Shown here one piece after another: positions 38,040-54,620 of a stretch of DNA of 64,000 bases; position 1 is the stretch's first letter; every line of letters begins with the position of its first letter. Made by a program: the position numbers and the translations under genes. The stretch lies in contig NIVC01002683.1 in the NCBI GenBank assembly GCA_002269645.1, positions 62,001 through 126,000 of the forward strand, read 5' to 3'. The stretch comes from Macrostomum lignano. Taxonomy: Eukaryota. Below the pieces are notes generated by a model that was given only the letters and a program-made list of their open reading frames with translations, had not been told where the DNA came from and made no database searches.

Positions 38040-41000
38040 CAACTCCCTTACAAGTTTAAGCTATCTCCCTCACAGCTCACTCCCTTGCAGCTCTCCCCTA
38101 CAGCTGTCTCCCTCACAGCTCACTCCCTTGCAGCTCTCCCCTACAGCTGTCTCCCTCACAGCTCACTCCCTTGCAGCTCTCCCCTACAGCTGTCTCCCTC
38201 ACAGCTCACTCCCTTGCAGCTCTCCCCTACAGCTGTCTCCCTCACAGCTCACTCCCTTGCAGCTCTCCCCTACAGCTGTCTCCCTCACAGCTCACTCCCT
38301 TGCAGCTCTCCCCTACAGCTGTCTCCCTCACAGCTCACTCCCTTGCAGCTCTCCCCTACAGCTGTCTCCCTCACAGCTCACTCCCTTGCAGCTCTCCCCT
38401 ACAGCTGTCTCCCTCACAGCTCACTCCCTTGCAGCTCTCCCCTACAGCTGTCTCCCTCACAGCTCTCCCCTACAGCTGTCTCCCTTACAGCTCACTCCCT
38501 TGCAGCTCTCCCCTACAGCTGTCTCCCTCACAGCTCTCCCCAACAGCTGTCTCCTTCACAGCTGTCTCCCTCACAGCTCTCCCCTACAGCTGTCTCCCTC
38601 ACAGCTCACTCCCTTGCAGCTCTCCCCTACAGCTGTCTCCCTCACAGCTCACTCCCTTGCAGCTCTCCCCTACAGCTGTCTCCCTCACAGCTCTCTCCCT
38701 CACAGCTCTCTCCCTTACAGCTCTCTCCTACAGCTGTCTCCCTTACAGCTCTCTCCTACAGCTGTCTCCCTTACAGCTCTCTCCCTTACAGCTGTCTCCC
38801 TTACAGCTGTCTCCCTTACAGCTCACTCCCTTGCAGCTCTCCCCTACAGCTGTCTCCCTCACAGCTCACTCCCTTGCAGCTCTCCCCTACAGCTGTCTCC
38901 CTCACAGCTCTCCCCTACAGCTGTCTCCTTCACAGCTCTCTCCCTTGCAGCTCTCCCCTACAGCTGTCTCCCTCACAGCTCACTCCCTTGCAGCTCTCCC
39001 CTACAGCTGTCTCCCTCACAGCTCTCCCCAACAGCTGTCTCCTTCACAGCTCTCTCCCTTGCAGCTCTCCCCTACAGCTGTCTCCCTCACAGCTCACTCC
39101 CTTGCAGCTCTCCCCTACAGCTGTCTCCCTCACAGCTCACTCCCTTGCAGCTCTCCCCTACAGCTGTCTCCCTCACAGCTCTCTCCCTCACAGCTCTCTC
39201 CCTTACAGCTCTCTCCTACAGCTGTCTCCCTTACAGCTCTCTCCCTTACAGCTGTCTCCCTTACAGCTGTCTCCCTTACAGCTCACTCCCTTGCAGCTCT
39301 CCCCTACAGCTGTCTCCCTCACAGCTCACTCCCTTGCAGCTCTCCCCTACAGCTGTCTCCCTCATAGCTCTCCCCTACAGCTGTCTCCCTCACAGCTCTC
39401 TCCCTCACAGCTCTCTCCCTTACAGCTCTCTCCTACAGCTGTCTCCCTTACAGCTCTCTCCCTTACAGCTGTCTCCCTTACAGCTGTCTCCCTTACAGCT
39501 CACTCCCTTGCAGCTCTCCCCTACAGCTGTCTCCCTCACAGCTCACTCCCTTGCAGCTCTCCCTACAGCTGTCTCCCTCACAGCTCTCTCCCTCACAGCT
39601 CTCTCCCTTACAGCTCTCTCCTACAGCTGTCTCCCTCACAGCTCACTCCCTTGCAGCTCTCCCCTACAGCTGTCTCCCTCACAGCTCTCCCCTACAGCTG
39701 TCTCCCTTACAGCTCACTCCCTTGCAGCTCTCCCCTACAGCTGTCTCCCTCACAGCTCTCCCCAACAGCTGTCTCCTTCACAGCTCTCTCCCTTGCAGCT
39801 CTCCCCTACAGCTGTCTCCCTCACAGCTCACTCCCTTGCAGCTCTCCCCTACAGCTGTCTCCCTCACAGCTCTCCCCTACAGCTGTCTCCCTTACAGCTC
39901 ACTCCCTTGCAGCTCTCCCCTACAGCTGTCTCCCTCACAGCTCTCCCCAACAGCTGTCTCCTTCACAGCTCTCTCCCTTGCAGCTCTCCCCTACAGCTGT
40001 CTCCCTCACAGCTCACTCCCTTGCAGCTCTCCCCTACAGCTGTCTCCCTCACAGCTCTCTCCCTCACAGCTCTCTCCCTTACAGCTCTCTCCCTTACAGC
40101 TCTCTCCCTTACAGCTGTCTCCCTTACAGCTCACTCCCTTGCAGCTCTCCCCTACAGCTGTCTCCCTCACAGCTCACTCCCTTGCAGCTCTCCCCTACAG
40201 CTGTCTCCCTCACAGCTCTCCCCTACAGCTGTCTCCCTTACAGCTCACTCCCTTGCAGCTCTCCCCTACAGCTGTCTCCCTCACAGCTCTCCCCAACAGA
40301 TGTCTCCTTCACAGCTCTCTCCCTTGCAGCTCTCCCTACAGCTGTATCCCTCACAGCTCACTCCCTTGCAGCTCTCCCCTACAGCTGTCTCCCTCACAGC
40401 TCACTCCCTTGCAGCTCTCCCCTACAGCTGTCTCCCTCACAGCTCACTCCCTTGCAGCTCTCCCCTACAGCTGTCTCCCTCACAGCTCTCTCCCTCACAG
40501 CTCTCTCCCTTACAGCTCTCTCCTACAGCTGTCTCCCTTACAGCTCTCTCCCTTACAGCTGTCTCCCTTACAGCTGTCTCCCTTACAGCTCACTCCCTTG
40601 CAGCTCTCCCCTACAGCTGTCTCCCTCACAGCTCACTCCCTTGCAGCTCTCCCCTACAGCTGTCTCCCTCACAGCTCTCCCCTACAGCTGTCTCCCTTAC
40701 AGCTCACTCCCTTGCAGCTCTCCCCTACAGCTGTCTCCCTCACAGCTCTCCCCAACAGCTGTCTCCTTCACAGCTCTCTCCCTTGCAGCTCTCCCCTACA
40801 GCTGTCTCCCTCACAGCTCACTCCCTTGCAGCTCTCCCCTACAGCTGTCTCCCTCACAGCTCTCCCCTACAGCTGTCTCCCTTACAGCTCACTCCCTTGC
40901 AGCTCTCCCCTACAGCTGTCTCCCTCACAGCTCTCCCCAACAGCTGTCTCCTTCACAGCTCTCTCCCTTGCAGCTCTCCCCTACAGCTGTCTCCCTCACA

Positions 41001-41830
41001 GCTCACTCCCTTGCAGCTCTCCCCTACAGCTGTCTCCCTCACAGCTCTCTCCCTCACAGCTCTCTCCCTTACAGCTCTCTCCCTTACAGCTCTCTCCTAC
41101 AGCTGTCTCCCTTACAGCTCTCTCCCTTACAGCTGTCTCCCTTACAGCTCACTCCCTTGCAGCTCTCCCCTACAGCTGTCTCCCTCACAGCTCACTCCCT
41201 TGCAGCTCTCCCCTACAGCTGTCTCCCTCACAGCTCTCCCCTACAGCTGTCTCCCTTACAGCTCACTCCCTTGCAGCTCTCCCCTACAGCTGTCTCCCTC
41301 ACAGCTCTCCCCAACAGATGTCTCCTTCACAGCTCTCTCCCTTGCAGCTCTCCCCTACAGCTGTATCCCTCACAGCTCACTCCCTTGCAGCTCTCCCCTA
41401 CAGCTGTCTCCCTCACAGCTCACTCCCTTGCAGCTCTCCCCTACAGCTGTCTCCCTCACAGCTCACTCCCTTGCAGCTCTCCCCTACAGCTGTCTCCCTC
41501 ACAGCTCTCTCCCTCACAGCTCTCTCCCTTACAGCTCTCTCCTACAGCTGTCTCCCTTACAGCTCTCTCCCTTACAGCTGTCTCCCTTACAGCTGTCTCC
41601 CTTACAGCTCACTCCCTTGCAGCTCTCCCCTACAGCTGTCTCCCTCACAGCTCACTCCCTTGCAGCTCTCCCCTACAGCTGTCTCCCTCACAGCTCTCCC
41701 CTACAGCTGTCTCCCTTACAGCTCACTCCCTTGCAGCTCTCCCCTACAGCTCTCTCCCTTACAGTTCTCTCCCTCACAGCTCTCTCCCATACAGCTCTCT
41801 CCTACGGACCTCTCCTACAGCTGCCTCTCC
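38040..41830. repeat. C-rich satellite: 43-bp trimer (CAGCTCTCCCCTA-CAGCTGTCTCCCTCA-CAGCTCACTCCCTTG) of 13-15 bp monomers
   Basis: Directly visible period. The 43-aa periodicity of the ORFs on all three plus frames shows those ORFs are repeat artefacts. Confidence 0.98.
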
Positions 41831-42102
41831 TTTACAGCTCTCCGGGCTACAGGTACCAGTACTTTCGCACTACAGTCGTACAGTCACAGTTGACTCTCAC
41901 ACCACCAATTATACGCTTCGTATACAAACGAGCGAACAAAATCACAACAAAACAACAAAATCACAAGTATAATACATTATGCTTTAATATCGTTCGATCT
42001 GTCAACCTTAAAATTTCAGCTCAAATCGTATTCATTTTTCCTCGAAAATAATCTACATTACTTATCTAAACCTATACTAATTCTAAAGTAAAAACACAAA
42101 TA

Positions 42103-46666
<4,564 letters not shown>

Positions 46667-47514
46667 GAAGGTATACTAGGATCGGCAAGGGGGGGGGGTT
46701 CATTTCATAGGGGGTTTCTTCGAAGTCTATTTTTAGAAAAGTATCGATTGCCTACAAAGAAGCCGATCAAAGTGGAGAATGTTCTGTGGCTGTCACAGAA
46801 CAGCACTCGGCCATTGACTATAAAATCAAATAGGCAACTATATGTAGGTGCTCTGCAGAAAGAAAAGTCCCAAAAAACAACTGCTTTACCTTAATGTACG
46901 TTTGCACTACTCACCGTAAGTAGCTACTAGTAGGTCAAAAATTTGAATGGGAACTGAATCAAAAAGAAATAAACTGGACATATTTCATTGATTTTTTTTC
47001 ACTAAATACGTTATTTGATGAGCTACTCAAGTTTCTTATGTAGTTTTTGTTTTAATTAGAAGCACTCCACGCTTGCAATACCGTTTGGTGCAATAATTAC
47101 ATATCCTTGGAAATCGCAGCCAAATTTTTATTCAATTGACTTTTTTGAATCTTCCATACTTTTTATGACGAATTTTTTTCAAGTTTTTGACACTGTTTGC
47201 TATTTTCATAACGCATTAAAAATTCAAGATTTTTATACGATTTTTGAGAAGCTCAATCGCTCAATACTGTTTTTATGCTCGTAGAAATTTTCTGCAATAA
47301 TTTTTTTCTATATTACAAAATGCAGCCCGCATTAGTTATAATCATTTATATTCCAGATTTTTCATGAAGTTTTAATGATGCAATATATTTTAAGCTTTTA
47401 ACTAGCAGCTCTAGATAACTTATGCGATATTAACTATTTTAAACAGCATGATTTAGAAAGATTTATCTGGATATTGGAGTTACATAATTCATTTTACTCT
47501 CAAATATATTCGGA

Positions 47515-48015
47515 CCCAAACTTATTCCGGACACAAACTTATTCCGGACACAAACTTATTCCGGACACAAACTTTTTCCGGACATAAACTTATTCCGGAC
47601 ACAAAATTTTTCCGGACACAAACTTATTCTGGACACAAACTTATTCCGGACACAAACCTACTACGGACAAAAACCTATTCCGGACACAACCATATTCAGA
47701 ATCAGACACAAATCTATTCGGACACAAATCTATTCGGACACAAATCTATTCGGACACAAAACTATTTCGGACACAATTCAGTTCAGATACAAAGCTTTTT
47801 GGACGCAAAGCTTGTCGGACACGAACCTATTCTGGACACAAACCTTTTCGGACACAAACCTATTCGGACACAGTTTTTTCGGACACAAAGATATTCGAAT
47901 AGAAACCTATTTAAACAGAAGGCCAGTAGGGCACAAAGCTATTCGGACACAAAGCTATTCGGACACAAAACTCGGACACAAAAATCTTGGAACTGAAACC
48001 TATTCGGATACAAAA
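47515..48015. repeat. ~17-bp minisatellite TTATTCCGGACACAAAC between the convergent ILK and RASL10 3' ends
   Basis: Tandem units that degenerate toward the right. Confidence 0.88.
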
Positions 48016-48193
48016 TAATCAATCAAAGAGCCGTTCGGAAAAATCAACCAATGCGGACAGTTGAACGCATTCGGCCAAAAAAGGACTTGTGTTAACCTCA
48101 ACAGCGTTGGTATATCTTGCACTGCAGAACGCTGCACACAGTCTCTCGCAGGGCCGCTTGCATTCTGGCCGCCGTGCCCAAGTGCACAGCCTC

Positions 48194-48886
48194 TCACAGC
48201 TCCATCGCTCGAAACAATTCTCTAAAAGCGTTCCAGACTCGCCAATTAAACTTGGCCGAACAATCGGCGTAGTGACATTTCCAGCGCTTGCGGACGGCGT
48301 AGCCGGGCGATCCGTTGCGACCCTGCAGTTCGCCTCCGTCAGCAAGGATCAAGTCGACCTTGTTGCCAAGCACCAATACTGGAGCCGATATGCCGCGTTC
48401 CAGCATTTGAAAACGAATTCGCCGGGCCTTGTGGAAGCTCGACTCGTCGTTGAGGTCGAACACCAGCAGGTATGCGTTGGCTGAGCACAAGCCGAAGCCG
48501 CTCAGTTGGCTTGAGAATTCGTTGGACCTATCGACTGGAAAGTCGTCAATGGGCGGACAATCAACCAAGCAGGTGTCGAATGCTCTCTCATTCACTACAA
48601 TCGTTGGATAATGAATATTTGGACGAACTGTTGAAGTGTACACCTCGGGTGATGCGTAGTTGACGAATTGTTCAACTAGAGTTGTCTTGCCAACTCCGCG
48701 AGGTCCCAGCACAACCAGAAGAATGCGTTGCACCACCCGAGCTCGAAGTCTGGCCCGATTGTCGATTACCGAATACGCGGTGTTTGCGACTGATGATGCA
48801 ACTCCCGACACGGTGACAGGGGCGTGTTGCTGGGGCTGCCCAGCACCCCACAGTCGGTAATTGCCAAATGGTAGCGTTCTTTGCAT
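48194..48886 (-). CDS. RASL10B: Ras-like protein family member 10 (RASL10-like small GTPase); probable ATG at 48886; homology continues past the TGA at 48194-48196
   Basis: GPRGVGKTTLVEQF (G1), DCPPIDDFP (RASL10-type DxPP at G3), AYLLVFD, VLGNKVDL (G4) and VRKRWKCHYADCSAKFNW closely follow RASL10 motifs. Orthology to the vertebrate A or B paralogue cannot be resolved. Confidence 0.88.
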   Translation of the reverse strand: MQRTLPFGNYRLWGAGQPQQHAPVTVSGVASSVANTAYSVIDNRARLRARVVQRILLVVLGPRGVGKTTLVEQFVNYASPEVYTSTVRPNIHYPTIVVNERAFDTCLVDCPPIDDFPVDRSNEFSSQLSGFGLCSANAYLLVFDLNDESSFHKARRIRFQMLERGISAPVLVLGNKVDLILADGGELQGRNGSPGYAVRKRWKCHYADCSAKFNWRVWNAFRELFRAMEL

Positions 48887-49074
48887 TGTGTTGCATGAAG
48901 TTTTATGCGTATGAGATGCAAAATAGAGACAGCAATTGAGCATGGCGCTACTATATAATACTTTTGCAGAGTCAATAAAAATTTATGAGACCTTATTTCC
49001 AGCCAATAATTTTGAAGGCAACAAAACTCCAATTTTTGAGGTCTTCAAATTTCTCTAGCTCGCAGGATACTCTA

Positions 49075-49465
49075 GCTTTCCAGCCAGACATTTACCAGCC
49101 TTTTTCTAGCCAGACATTTAACAGCTTTATCCAGCCAGACATTTACCAGCCTTTTTCTAGCCAGACATTTACCAGCCTTTTTCTAGCCAGACATTTACCA
49201 GCCTTTTTCCAGCCAGACATTTACCAGCCTTTTTCCAGCCAGACATTTACCAGCCTTTTTCTAGCCAGACATTTACCAGCCTTTTTCTAGCCAGACATTT
49301 ACCAGCCTTTTTCCAGCCAGACATTTACCAGCCTTTTTCCAGCCAGACATTTACCAGCCATTTTCCAGCCAGACATTTACCAGCCTTTTTCCAGCCAGAC
49401 ATTTACCAGCCTTTTTCCAGCCAGACATTTACCAGCCTTTATCCAGCCAGACATTTACCAGCCAG
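49075..49465. repeat. ~26-bp minisatellite CCAGCCAGACATTTACCAGCCTTTTT upstream of RASL10
   Basis: About 15 tandem units. Confidence 0.93.
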
Positions 49466-49664
49466 CCCCTTGTCAGACAGCTAGCCATTTGCCAGCGATA
49501 TCCCCTAGATTCACAAGAATGTAGAGTTCAATAGAGTTCAACACATGTACAGCTGCATGTACATCTTATTACACATTAACATCTACGGTGACATTTCTAT
49601 GTACTTTACATCAATTTACATGTATGTAGAGCATGCGATATGTACATGAACACGTGTACGGTGT

Positions 49665-49666
49665 AG

Positions 49667-49701
<35 letters not shown>

Positions 49702-52252
49702 AGTACGCAGCCCCGCATGCAAAGTCACAATTAGAGCAGGGCGCGTCAGATGGCGCGCCGCAAAGCCTGAGAGCGGACGAAGTCCGCCCCGTTAGCTGAG
49801 TCGGGCGCCCCAGCGTCGCAAAGAAGGCAGTCCACCTATCGACGGGTTCGGGCCAGACCCCGCCTGAACGGGCCCTGCAAGGTGAGCAGCAGGACGTCCT
49901 GAACAGGTTGGAGGTAATAGCCCTCGGCCCGGATCACGTGAAGTCGCCGCCAGCGCAGGATGAGGGACAGGCGCTGCAGCTTGGCCCGATCGTACAGCGC
50001 CTCGGTCTCTCGTAAGCTCGAAAGGCCGCACGGAGCAGCCCTGAGTCCAGCTACCGCTCCAGCGTAGCTGTCAACGTCTACGTCTCGGCGTTGCATAGCA
50101 GGACGGTTTCGACCACCGCCTGCCACAGCCGAGCCCTCTGGCGGTCGGGCAGCGCTTCGGACTGGAAGACGGTTCGGATCAAACGGAAGGCCGCCCAGGC
50201 AAATCCTCTGCGCCGTCGGAGGCCACGTCGGGCACTAGACCGCCGAGGTGGGCGAACCGCTAGCAGCGTGCGAACCTGGTCGTCTGCCCATCTAGGCCGC
50301 TGAGATGTTGGCCGGCTCAGTCAGCACCTCGGTCTTTAGCGTGTTGACAACCAGACCGACGGACATCAGCGAGATCCCGCGGTGGTCTTCTTTCCGCGTT
50401 GTCTCTGCCCTCTTTGGTATCGGCCCGATGTGCGCAACGGTCTACGCGGTGGACGCAGGAGCGCCGGCGAGCACGCGGTTCATGGCGCTTGTCAGCTGAG
50501 AGGCCACACAGCAAAGCCGCAGCGCCTTGACCGGCACTTCGTCGGCGCCTAGCGCCTTGCCGCCTGGTAATTTCCGAGAAAACAGCACAACGTCCTCTGT
50601 GGTGACTGGGCTGGTGCAGAAGTCCTCCTCAGCTGGGAGCGGCGTATCCAGTGGGAGCGCAAAACTGGCAGGCAGCGGTGACGCGGGCGCGTTCACGATG
50701 CCGGCGAAGAAGTCGCGCAATTCGTTCCTGCGCTCCTCCGGGGTGTCGCCGGCCAGGTTCAGCACCACACGCTTTCTACACCCCGTCAGAGTCAGGACGG
50801 CCGTCCACACTGCGCGGCTCTTCACGTCGGGGCCGGCTGCAGTGATGGTCCGAACGGAGTCGTCGACAGCGGCCTGCTGCCGCTCGTCTAGAAGGCGCTC
50901 AAAGCGTATTCAGCGTCGCCCGTGGGCCGCCGGTTTCTGCGGAGTCGCTCGATGTTGAACCGCGCCTGCCTGATGGTCGGGTCGCTCTGCCAGACAGGCA
51001 GCGATTTCTGCGCTCTGCAGCGGCTCTAGCGGAGGTGCTGATGTCGGAATACTCCGCCTCCCGCTGGTCTCTAAGCGCGCCGACGAAGGCGCCCGCAAAT
51101 TGACACTTCAAGTAGGTGTCCAACAGTGCACGATAGTAGCGCGGTGGCCGCTGCTTTGGCGGTCGGTAGAGCTGGTCGTGGAACCGCAAGTCGCAGAGCA
51201 GAAGTCGATGGTCTGACCAGAGAGCCAGTGGAGCCCACGGTGTCGCAGTTGGTGATGCGGCGGCGCTCGCGAGTGCGCGAACCAGTGCATGATCGAGTTG
51301 CGCCAGTCCCCTTGTGGCGTTCTACCCGCGTGCGTTCCATCGCCTTCTCTTGCAGCCCGCGTAGGTGACCAGGCAGGCAGGGGGGCTTGCGGAACTGGGT
51401 ATTCGCGGACACCAGGTCCAACCGGTCAAGCAGATCCTCCAGCACATCGGTGTTGGCGTTCTCGCATCCCGCGACAAAGGGCGAGCGCTCGTACCTCCGC
51501 GGAACTGCGTTAAGGTCTCCGAGCACTGCCAGCATATCGCGGTTTGGCACCTCTTCCAGCTGCCCAGCCCGGAAGTCGAAGAAGGCACGAGCCTCCTCGT
51601 GAGGTGAGCAGCGATGGGTGCATACGCGCAGAACAGCCGGATGCAGCGGGCGCGCAGGCGCAGGTCGACCCGCATCAGACGCGGGGACAGCGAAGCGCAG
51701 TGCACGCTCTGCCGAAGGTGCCGTCCGATCAGCACGCCGACACCGCCCCGGCCGCGGTCGTCTGCCGACGTGTACAGGAGGCTCCAGCCGGCTCCCAGGT
51801 CCTCAGAGTGTAGCCCAGGCTCAGCCACGATAGAAACCTCCTGTAGCGTGATGGGGTCCAGCTGAAGGTCGTGGGCCAACTGGACGAGAATGATGCGACG
51901 CCAAGGGGCCTTCAGAGTTCGGCGATTCATCGTGCCGAGTCTGAGGCGGCCACCTGGTACCGCTGGGGCCAGATGGAGGTTGGCCTCGTGGTCCCCGGCG
52001 CCACCCGGTGGATCTATAGTTGGAATAGAAACAGGCGCCTGGCCACGCCACGGATTCGCCCTCGCCAGTTGAGCTCGTGCCGCCACTCAGTGCGACTTTG
52101 GGCGCTGCGCCGACCTCTGCGTGTCCCTGGTGTGCTGAGCTTTGCTGCCGCAGCCGAGGTGCGACCGTCCGAGCCAACCGAGGTGATCCAGCCGCGATGA
52201 CAGGTCAGGTGTCAGCACTACTTGCACGGTTGTGAAAATATAATGGCTCAGA
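49665..52252 (-). mobile_element. Degenerate non-LTR retrotransposon (RTE-like): APE endonuclease, internally deleted RT and (GTT)n tail
   Basis: APE motifs LGTMNRRTL, TLQEV, RGGVGVL, CAYAP and VLGDLNA. RT-flanking motifs GGKALGADEV, GPIPK..DHRGISLMS, GLVVNTLKTEV and VLLCNAET*TLT. It carries frameshifts and stops, an (AAC)n run at ~49667-49700 on the plus strand, and a possible TSD TACGGTGT (49657-64, 52253-60). Confidence 0.85.
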
Positions 52253-52601
52253 TACGGTGTGTAACACATTAAAACATAATAAAATAAGATTTTTATTTTT
52301 TTACTTTAAAAATCTCTATACTGCTTTAAGCAACCACCTCAAGATATATGCAACTTTTTTTTAACAAATCACCGTTTCACTCGTCAGAAAGCATTTAACA
52401 ATAAAACGGGTATACTTTATGATTAAAAAACTTAATTTGGTGGCATCTTTTAAAAGACCTATAACTAGCAGCTAATCTTCTTGTACATGCTCGATCAGAA
52501 TGCCTTCAGCAGCAGTTCAGCGTGCGTCCCGTGTGCTGCATCAGACTGAATGCTATACATACATGTAGTTCAGTCGAGTTACATGTATAGACGATCGACA
52601 T

Positions 52602-54198
52602 CAGGGGTGTCGGAACCGCGGAGGGGGGATGGGGTGCTGGTGCCCCCCCCCACTTTTTAGCATGATCTTGCAAGTGCCCTTTTTGAATTTCAAGCCAGTG
52701 TCGGCCGGTTTTCGGCTTTGGCTTTTCTGAGTCTTGGAAGCTAAGGGTACCAGCTGATATAATAGTTCATGTTGTTCTCAATCCCATTCCATTACAGTTT
52801 TCATCTAATGTGCCTAAGCCTAGTGCTTTTAGTGCAGGGGTCAGCAAAATTTTTACCTCAAGGGCCAGATTGAGAACAGCGCATGACTGCCCTTCTGGGT
52901 CCGCTTCGATGGGCCCCCTAAGCGAAACGCGCGCCCGGGAGTCCCTGATGGCTGCGGGCTATAGGGAGAGAGGATAGGGAATAGAGAAGAGAAATACGAG
53001 CGCAGGAGAAAGGAGAGGCGAAGGAATAAAGGAGAAGAGAGTAGACGAGAAGAGAGATAAAATACGAGAGGAGAGAGAGGAGAGGGGAGATGAATGAGGA
53101 CAGGAGAGTCGAAATATAAGAGAGGGGAAATAAGGAGAGGAGAGAGGTGAAATGAGAGGAGAGGAAATGATACGAAAGGAGAAGAGGGAGGTGAGGAGAG
53201 GAAAGAAGTGAGGAGAGGTGAGGAGATGAGAGGAAAGCAGAGAGGAAGAGGAGAGGAGAGGAGAGAGGTGAGGATATGAGAGGAGAGGAGAGGAGAGAGG
53301 TGAGGAGATGAGAGGAGAGGAGAGGAGAGAGGTGAGGAGATGAGAGGAGAGGAGAGGAGATGAGAGGAGAGAGGTGAGGAGATGAGAGAAGAGGAGAGAG
53401 GTGAGGAAATGAGAGGAGAGGAGAGAGGAGAGGAGAGGAAAGGAGAGAGGAGAGAAGAGGATAGGAAAGGAGAGGAGAGAGGTGAGGAGATGAGAAGAGA
53501 GCTAGAGGTGAAGAGAGGTGAGGAGATGAGAGGAAAGGAGAGAGGAGAGGAGAGGAGAGGACAGGAGAATATGAGAAGAGAAAGATGAGGGAAGAGAGCT
53601 GAGAAGAGACAAACATCAAGCGGGCCGGATTGCTATTCTGAAGATTCAAAGGACCCAAGGGCCGGATAGAGAGGCTTTGCAGGCAACATTTGGCCCTCAG
53701 GCCGGAGTTCGCCAACCCCTGTTTTTTCGTAGCTCGTATTCAGCCCCTTTACTTTGGCATCTCTGATCGGGATTCCGAGTCCGCCGCAATCCTAAGACTT
53801 AAACCGCTTCTGGCGCTGCAACTAAAAGCACTAAAATGCCGTCAGATAAAAGAATAGAGACGGCGCCAAGAGGAACTGAAGGAAGCAGCCAAGAGATCCA
53901 GAAAATTACTGGTCTTGCCCTGGCAAATTTCATTCATTTGAGATATTTACTAAATAAATTGATAGTGCAGTGCAGTTGCGCAATGTTTGGATTAGTTGAA
54001 AATTCGAACATTTTTCTGAATTTTGGCCACTTCCAACACAGAATTGAATATTGGCCTGGTTGTCACAATTAGTGTCGCAAACTGACATAACAGCAAGAGT
54101 TAGGGTACCCTTAGATAAAAAATCATGTGCAATGTGCGCCCTCCTCCCACCAATAGTATATAGCCACCCCCACTTTAAAATATTTTCCGACACCGCTG
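52602..54198. mobile_element. hAT-type MITE (outer element)
   Basis: TIR CAGGGGTGTCGGAA / TTCCGACACCGCTG. ATCGACAT is duplicated at 52594-52601 and 54201-54208, with a 2-nt offset on the right. Confidence 0.8.
52835..53721. mobile_element. hAT-type MITE nested in the 52602-54198 element, with a GA-rich interior
   Basis: TIR CAGGGGTCAGCAAA / TTCGCCAACCCCTG, GGCCAG/GGCCGG subterminal motifs, and a degenerate TSD (TTTTAGTG versus TTTTTTCG). Confidence 0.72.
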
Positions 54199-54369
54199 AT
54201 ATCGACATCAGCAGACTACCTCAGTCTACCTCAAGAGACGTGCAGTGACACCCACCTAAAGAGACAGTATAAGTGGCACTGCACCTCCACCTGAAGAGAC
54301 TGCGATCGCCCACCTGCTGCTGAGGAGATCGACTGCATGCAGCTATAGTGATGCCCATGCACCTGAAAA

Positions 54370-54620
54370 GAGAAACCTGGAAAAACCATGGAATTGAAAT
54401 AACTGGAGATACCTGTGGTGGAGATACTGGGAGAAACCTGGAGAAACTTGAAGGGAACTGGAGAAACACCTTAAGAAACTTAAAGAAACAATTGGAGAAA
54501 CCTGGAGAACTTGGAGAACGTCAAAGATAAACCTGGAGAATTAACTTTATAGAAATTTAGAGTACTTGGAGAAACCTGGAGAAACCTAAAGAAACATGGA
54601 GAAACATGGGAGAAACCTTG
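54370..54620. repeat. Degenerate GGAGAAACCT repeat
   Basis: Multiple short imperfect copies. Confidence 0.6.

Noticed and set aside
37974-42051. ORFs of 1332, 1307, 780 and 398 aa
   Set aside because: They are translations of the stop-poor 43-bp satellite. The same periodic peptide appears in all three frames.
48194-48196. Selenocysteine as the explanation for the RASL10 TGA
   Set aside because: The position does not align with a conserved Cys in my recalled alignment, and I could not identify a SECIS. It is left as unlikely pending a SECISearch run.
52090-52230. HDV-like ribozyme at the 5' end of the RTE-like element
   Set aside because: P3/L3 (CCUCGG), GG and P4-like pieces can be drawn, but I found no P1 partner starting with G, so the fold is unsupported by eye.
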